Virus record (IMG/VR): IMGVR_UViG_3300033984_000165
Location: 1 to 38,108 of that record
Reading direction: 5' to 3' (one strand)
Length of the DNA: 38,108 nt
From: a virus
Taxonomy: Duplodnaviria; Caudoviricetes
In this document: positions 34,737-38,108 of the stretch, piece by piece
Position numbering within the stretch: position 1 is the stretch's first letter
Layout of the letters: each line of letters starts with the position of its first letter
Notes under the pieces: model-generated
What the model saw: only the letters and a program-made list of their open reading frames with translations
Database searches by the model: none
Told to the model about the DNA's origin: nothing
Position numbers and translations under genes: made by a program

Positions 34737-37700
34737 ATGAGTGAAAAAATTAAGAGTTCCGATATATTTGAAGGCGATATATTCAAAATAGTTGTAGATA
34801 GTGCAGAATTAGCTAAAACTAAGATTGCTGAACTAAACAAAGAATTAGTAGAAGTAGGAACGTCTTTTAAAAAAGAATTAAATGGAATTAAAGCTGATAA
34901 TGTAAAAGAAATTGAAGCATTAATTGTAAAAGTTAAGGAATTAACTAAAGCAGTAGATGCTCAAACGCAAGTAAATAAAGCGAATGAAATAGCAATTCGT
35001 GAAGCTAAAAAGACTTCCGAACAAGCATTACGTGAAGAAGAAAAAACTAAACGTGATGTATTAAAAACGCAAGAACAAATAAATAAATCAAATGAACGTG
35101 CTGTAAAAAATCAAAAAGATTTATCCGATGCCTACAAACAATTAGCACAAAACACTCGTGATTTAAAGAATGAATCTAAGCGCTTAGGTGCTGAAATGAT
35201 TGAACTTGAAAAACAAGGCAAGAAAAATTCAGCAGAATACTATAAACTAAGCAGACAATATAAAGAAACTACTAAATCAGCAATCGAAGGTGATAAAGCA
35301 CTTAAAAAACTTGATAGTACAGTAGGTGATAACTTCCGTAATGTAGGTAATTATTCTAAAGCTATTGGTGGATTGAAAAACGCTTTAATGCAATTAGGAC
35401 TAGCATTTGGTGTATTTGATGGTATTCGTGCATTATTAGATACGCAGATTAAGTTAGATTCACTTAATTTATCACTAAAGAACGTTTCTAGTAGCACCAA
35501 AGAGTATCAAGCTAACTTTGCCTTTCTTAAAGATTTATCATTGTCTTACGGACAAGATTTACTTGTATTGATTGATTCGTACAAAAACTTTATTGCTTCT
35601 ACTTCATCATCTAATTTAAGTTTGACAGAACGTAAAAGAATTTACGAAAGTGTAATAAAGGCAGGTTCAGCATTAGCCTTATCAAACGATAATATCAAAG
35701 GTTCATTACTTGCAATATCTCAAATGTTCTCTAAGGGTACGGTTTCAGCAGAGGAATTAAGACAGCAATTAGGTGAAAGATTACCAGGTGCTTTTGGTAT
35801 CATGGCTGAATCTATGGGTGTTACCGAAGCTGAATTAGGTAAATTAATGAAGGAAGGTAAAGTTTTGGCAGATGATGTAATGCCAAGATTTGCTATTTTG
35901 CTTGAACGTAGTTTTGGGGAGAATGCTAAGGCTAGATTACAGACTTTTGGTGGAGCATGGAATGTACTTAAAAATAATGTTACTTTATATTTCGACCAAG
36001 CACAAAAGAGTGTTGGGGTAAATAAAGTGTTGGCAGGAGTAATATTAGGATTAGGTAAAAATATTGGTGAGATAATAAATAATATTCGACAATTAATTAT
36101 TGCATTTGTTTCTTTTAAGGCTTTATTAATAGCAAATGAAATAAGACTTAAAGGTTTATCTGTAGGATTTTTAAATATGGCTAAAAATGCACTTACTGGT
36201 GCTAATGCAGTTAAGATATTTGGATTGTCATTAAAAAATATTGCATTTTTAGCTGTTATTGATGGAATAGTTAAAATGACTGAAAGATTTTTAGATTTAT
36301 CAAAAGGTATTGATATTGCTAAAAGAAGTTATGACATATATTTATCAACTACAAATAAAGGAAATAAAAAAGCAACTGACTTTCTTGTAAAAGTAAATGA
36401 TGAATATTTAAATGAGCAAGAAAAACTTGCGAAGAAAAAGAAAGATGGATTAATTTCTCAAGCTGAATTCAATAAAAAAATGGATGAAGCTGAATTAGAA
36501 AGGGTTACTAAAATACAAAAAAGAATTAGAGAATTAGAGGTTAGTATATCTATTGGTAAAAAAAGCACTAAAGATATAAGAAATCTTTTCGGAGGTAAAT
36601 CACCAGTAGAATTAGCAAAACAAGCAAGAGAAGACAGAGGTTTTATAGCGAATCTATTAAATACAATAGGTATTGAAACTAAAAGTGGAGATTTATTAGA
36701 TAAAGAGTTTTTTGCTAAATTATATCAAAAAGAAAAAGGAAATATAAATGATTTTTACACTCAATTAGAAAAATTAAGAAGTTCATTAAGTGATGATACT
36801 ATATTAAAAACTAAGTATTCTGGCGGTAAAGGAAGTACTAATAAAGATATATTAAATAGAACAATAGAAGTTCGAGATTTAAATATACAATATAATCAAA
36901 CAAATGAATATTTAAGTAGACAACTTGAGATATTAAAAGATATTGATAGATTAAATGCAGAAAACAAATTACAAGAAACTATTGATAAAACAACAAGCGT
37001 TTTGACTAGCCAAGAAAAAACTGTTAATATGACTGGTAAATACAATGCAGGATTAGTTGAGATAGCTGTAAATGAGGAATATGAAGCACGTAAAAAGTTT
37101 GAAGAAAAAAGATTTGAAGCAGAAAAAGAAGATAAAAAAATACAAGATGAAAAATTACTTAAAGATGAATTAGATTCTATTAAAGAACAAGAAGATAAAT
37201 TCTTACAGCAATATTTAGAAGTTAAATCTGATACTGAAAGAAAAATAGGTGATTTAGAAATAAATCTTAAAAAGAAAAATTTAAGCACAGCTTCTAAGCA
37301 ACGATTAGGTGAAGAAAAGAAAAATTTAGAAGCACAATTAAAACAAAATGAGGTTTACCTAAAAAAAATAGAGGATGGTGCAACAGAACAGAGAAATATT
37401 GTATTAGACAATAAACTTAAGCGTGAAGCAGACACTAATCTTGAAATAGAAAAATTACAAATAATTCACGAAGGAAATTTAGCTAATATTCAACGTGATT
37501 CACAAACTAAATTACAAGACGAATTAGATAAGTTAGAATTAATACGTGCTGAAAAACGATTAGAAATGATTAAGAATACAGCAGAATCTGTAAATAACTT
37601 AATCCAAAAATCACTTGAACACTATATCAATATGGCAGAACGTAGAATTGATATGTTAGATAAACGTATGGATAGGATGTCAACACAAGCTGACTTCTTA

Positions 37701-38108
37701 CGTGAAAAAGCTGTGGCAGGAAATATACAAGCACAAGAATCACTTGCTGTAATTGATAAACAAGAAATAGAAGCGCAAAAAGAACGAATGAATGAGCAAA
37801 GGTCAATACAGAAACTACAAATGGCAATGGCTGTATTCCAAGCATATTCTAATAATATTCAAAATGCTAAAGTTGGTGAAAATCCATTTACAAAAACACT
37901 TACTGATGTAACTTTATTAAGTCAATTTATAAATTCACTACCTACATTTATTGATGGTACTGAAACAAATATTGCTAGCGCTTTAGGTAAACCACATTTA
38001 CAAGGTCAAGATGGTTATTTAGTTCGTGTAGATGGTTCAGAAAAAGTACTTAATCCACAACTTTCAGCAATGACTGGTAACATGACTACAATGGAAATTG
38101 CTAAATTA
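34737..38108 (+). CDS. Tape measure protein (3'-truncated by the window; about 1200 aa when circularised; not in track)
   Basis: MSEKIKSSDIF start, long coiled coils, tape-measure domain AISQMFSKGTVSAEELRQQLGERLPGAFGIMA; in frame with the MAERRID segment at 37632. Confidence 0.92.
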   Translation, partial: MSEKIKSSDIFEGDIFKIVVDSAELAKTKIAELNKELVEVGTSFKKELNGIKADNVKEIEALIVKVKELTKAVDAQTQVNKANEIAIREAKKTSEQALREEEKTKRDVLKTQEQINKSNERAVKNQKDLSDAYKQLAQNTRDLKNESKRLGAEMIELEKQGKKNSAEYYKLSRQYKETTKSAIEGDKALKKLDSTVGDNFRNVGNYSKAIGGLKNALMQLGLAFGVFDGIRALLDTQIKLDSLNLSLKNVSSSTKEYQANFAFLKDLSLSYGQDLLVLIDSYKNFIASTSSSNLSLTERKRIYESVIKAGSALALSNDNIKGSLLAISQMFSKGTVSAEELRQQLGERLPGAFGIMAESMGVTEAELGKLMKEGKVLADDVMPRFAILLERSFGENAKARLQTFGGAWNVLKNNVTLYFDQAQKSVGVNKVLAGVILGLGKNIGEIINNIRQLIIAFVSFKALLIANEIRLKGLSVGFLNMAKNALTGANAVKIFGLSLKNIAFLAVIDGIVKMTERFLDLSKGIDIAKRSYDIYLSTTNKGNKKATDFLVKVNDEYLNEQEKLAKKKKDGLISQAEFNKKMDEAELERVTKIQKRIRELEVSISIGKKSTKDIRNLFGGKSPVELAKQAREDRGFIANLLNTIGIETKSGDLLDKEFFAKLYQKEKGNINDFYTQLEKLRSSLSDDTILKTKYSGGKGSTNKDILNRTIEVRDLNIQYNQTNEYLSRQLEILKDIDRLNAENKLQETIDKTTSVLTSQEKTVNMTGKYNAGLVEIAVNEEYEARKKFEEKRFEAEKEDKKIQDEKLLKDELDSIKEQEDKFLQQYLEVKSDTERKIGDLEINLKKKNLSTASKQRLGEEKKNLEAQLKQNEVYLKKIEDGATEQRNIVLDNKLKREADTNLEIEKLQIIHEGNLANIQRDSQTKLQDELDKLELIRAEKRLEMIKNTAESVNNLIQKSLEHYINMAERRIDMLDKRMDRMSTQADFLREKAVAGNIQAQESLAVIDKQEIEAQKERMNEQRSIQKLQMAMAVFQAYSNNIQNAKVGENPFTKTLTDVTLLSQFINSLPTFIDGTETNIASALGKPHLQGQDGYLVRVDGSEKVLNPQLSAMTGNMTTMEIAKL
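37592..38108 (+). repeat. Imperfect terminal direct repeat, right copy
   Basis: Aligns with 1-517. Confidence 0.95.

Noticed and set aside
424-37845. Minus-strand and nested ORFs in the track other than the portal (for example 424-738, 4674-5030, 29824-30228, 36896-37288, 26679-26873)
   Set aside because: They are shadows of well-supported plus-strand genes and have no recognisable motifs.
37592-38108. Diversity-generating retroelement TR/VR pair
   Set aside because: Mismatches are not adenine-specific, are mostly synonymous, and no reverse transcriptase is present.
1-38108. Stop-codon reassignment, tRNA genes or a lysogeny module
   Set aside because: Genes are intact and tightly packed in the standard code; I recognised no cloverleaf, integrase or repressor.

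Overview
This window is essentially one complete, circularly permuted genome of a tailed (siphovirus-like, HK97-fold) phage. The unit length is about 37,591 bp, because bases 1-517 are repeated imperfectly at 37592-38108. The host is most likely a Bacteroidota/Flavobacteriia member, judged from many TAnnTTTG promoters, A-rich start regions without Shine-Dalgarno sites and a DUF3127-type SSB. Module order: tape-measure C-terminus, tail tip/fibre genes, lysis genes (GAF-domain membrane protein, small holin candidate, M15 endolysin), replication/recombination (PAPS-reductase-like, initiator with internal iterons, SF4 helicase, GIY-YIG-like, ERF, YqaJ), a cassette of tiny early-type ORFs bracketed by inverted A-tract arrays, SSB/MazG/DUF3310, terS/terL, an inverted portal, protease, connectors, capsid, tail tube and tape measure. 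I recognised no integrase, repressor, DNA polymerase, reverse transcriptase, tRNA or CRISPR array. The most interesting signals are non-coding: (1) two sequence-unrelated leaders with the same promoter/hairpin/terminator kissing-loop design; (2) a roughly 200-nt structured G-tract RNA candidate behind one of them; (3) two small promoter-to-terminator units that are antisense to translation-start regions of the phage's own genes; (4) a 21-bp face-to-face bidirectional promoter serving the inverted portal; (5) inverted repeat arrays and a strand-skew switch that may mark the genome ends. All family calls come from motif recognition by eye, with no database search.
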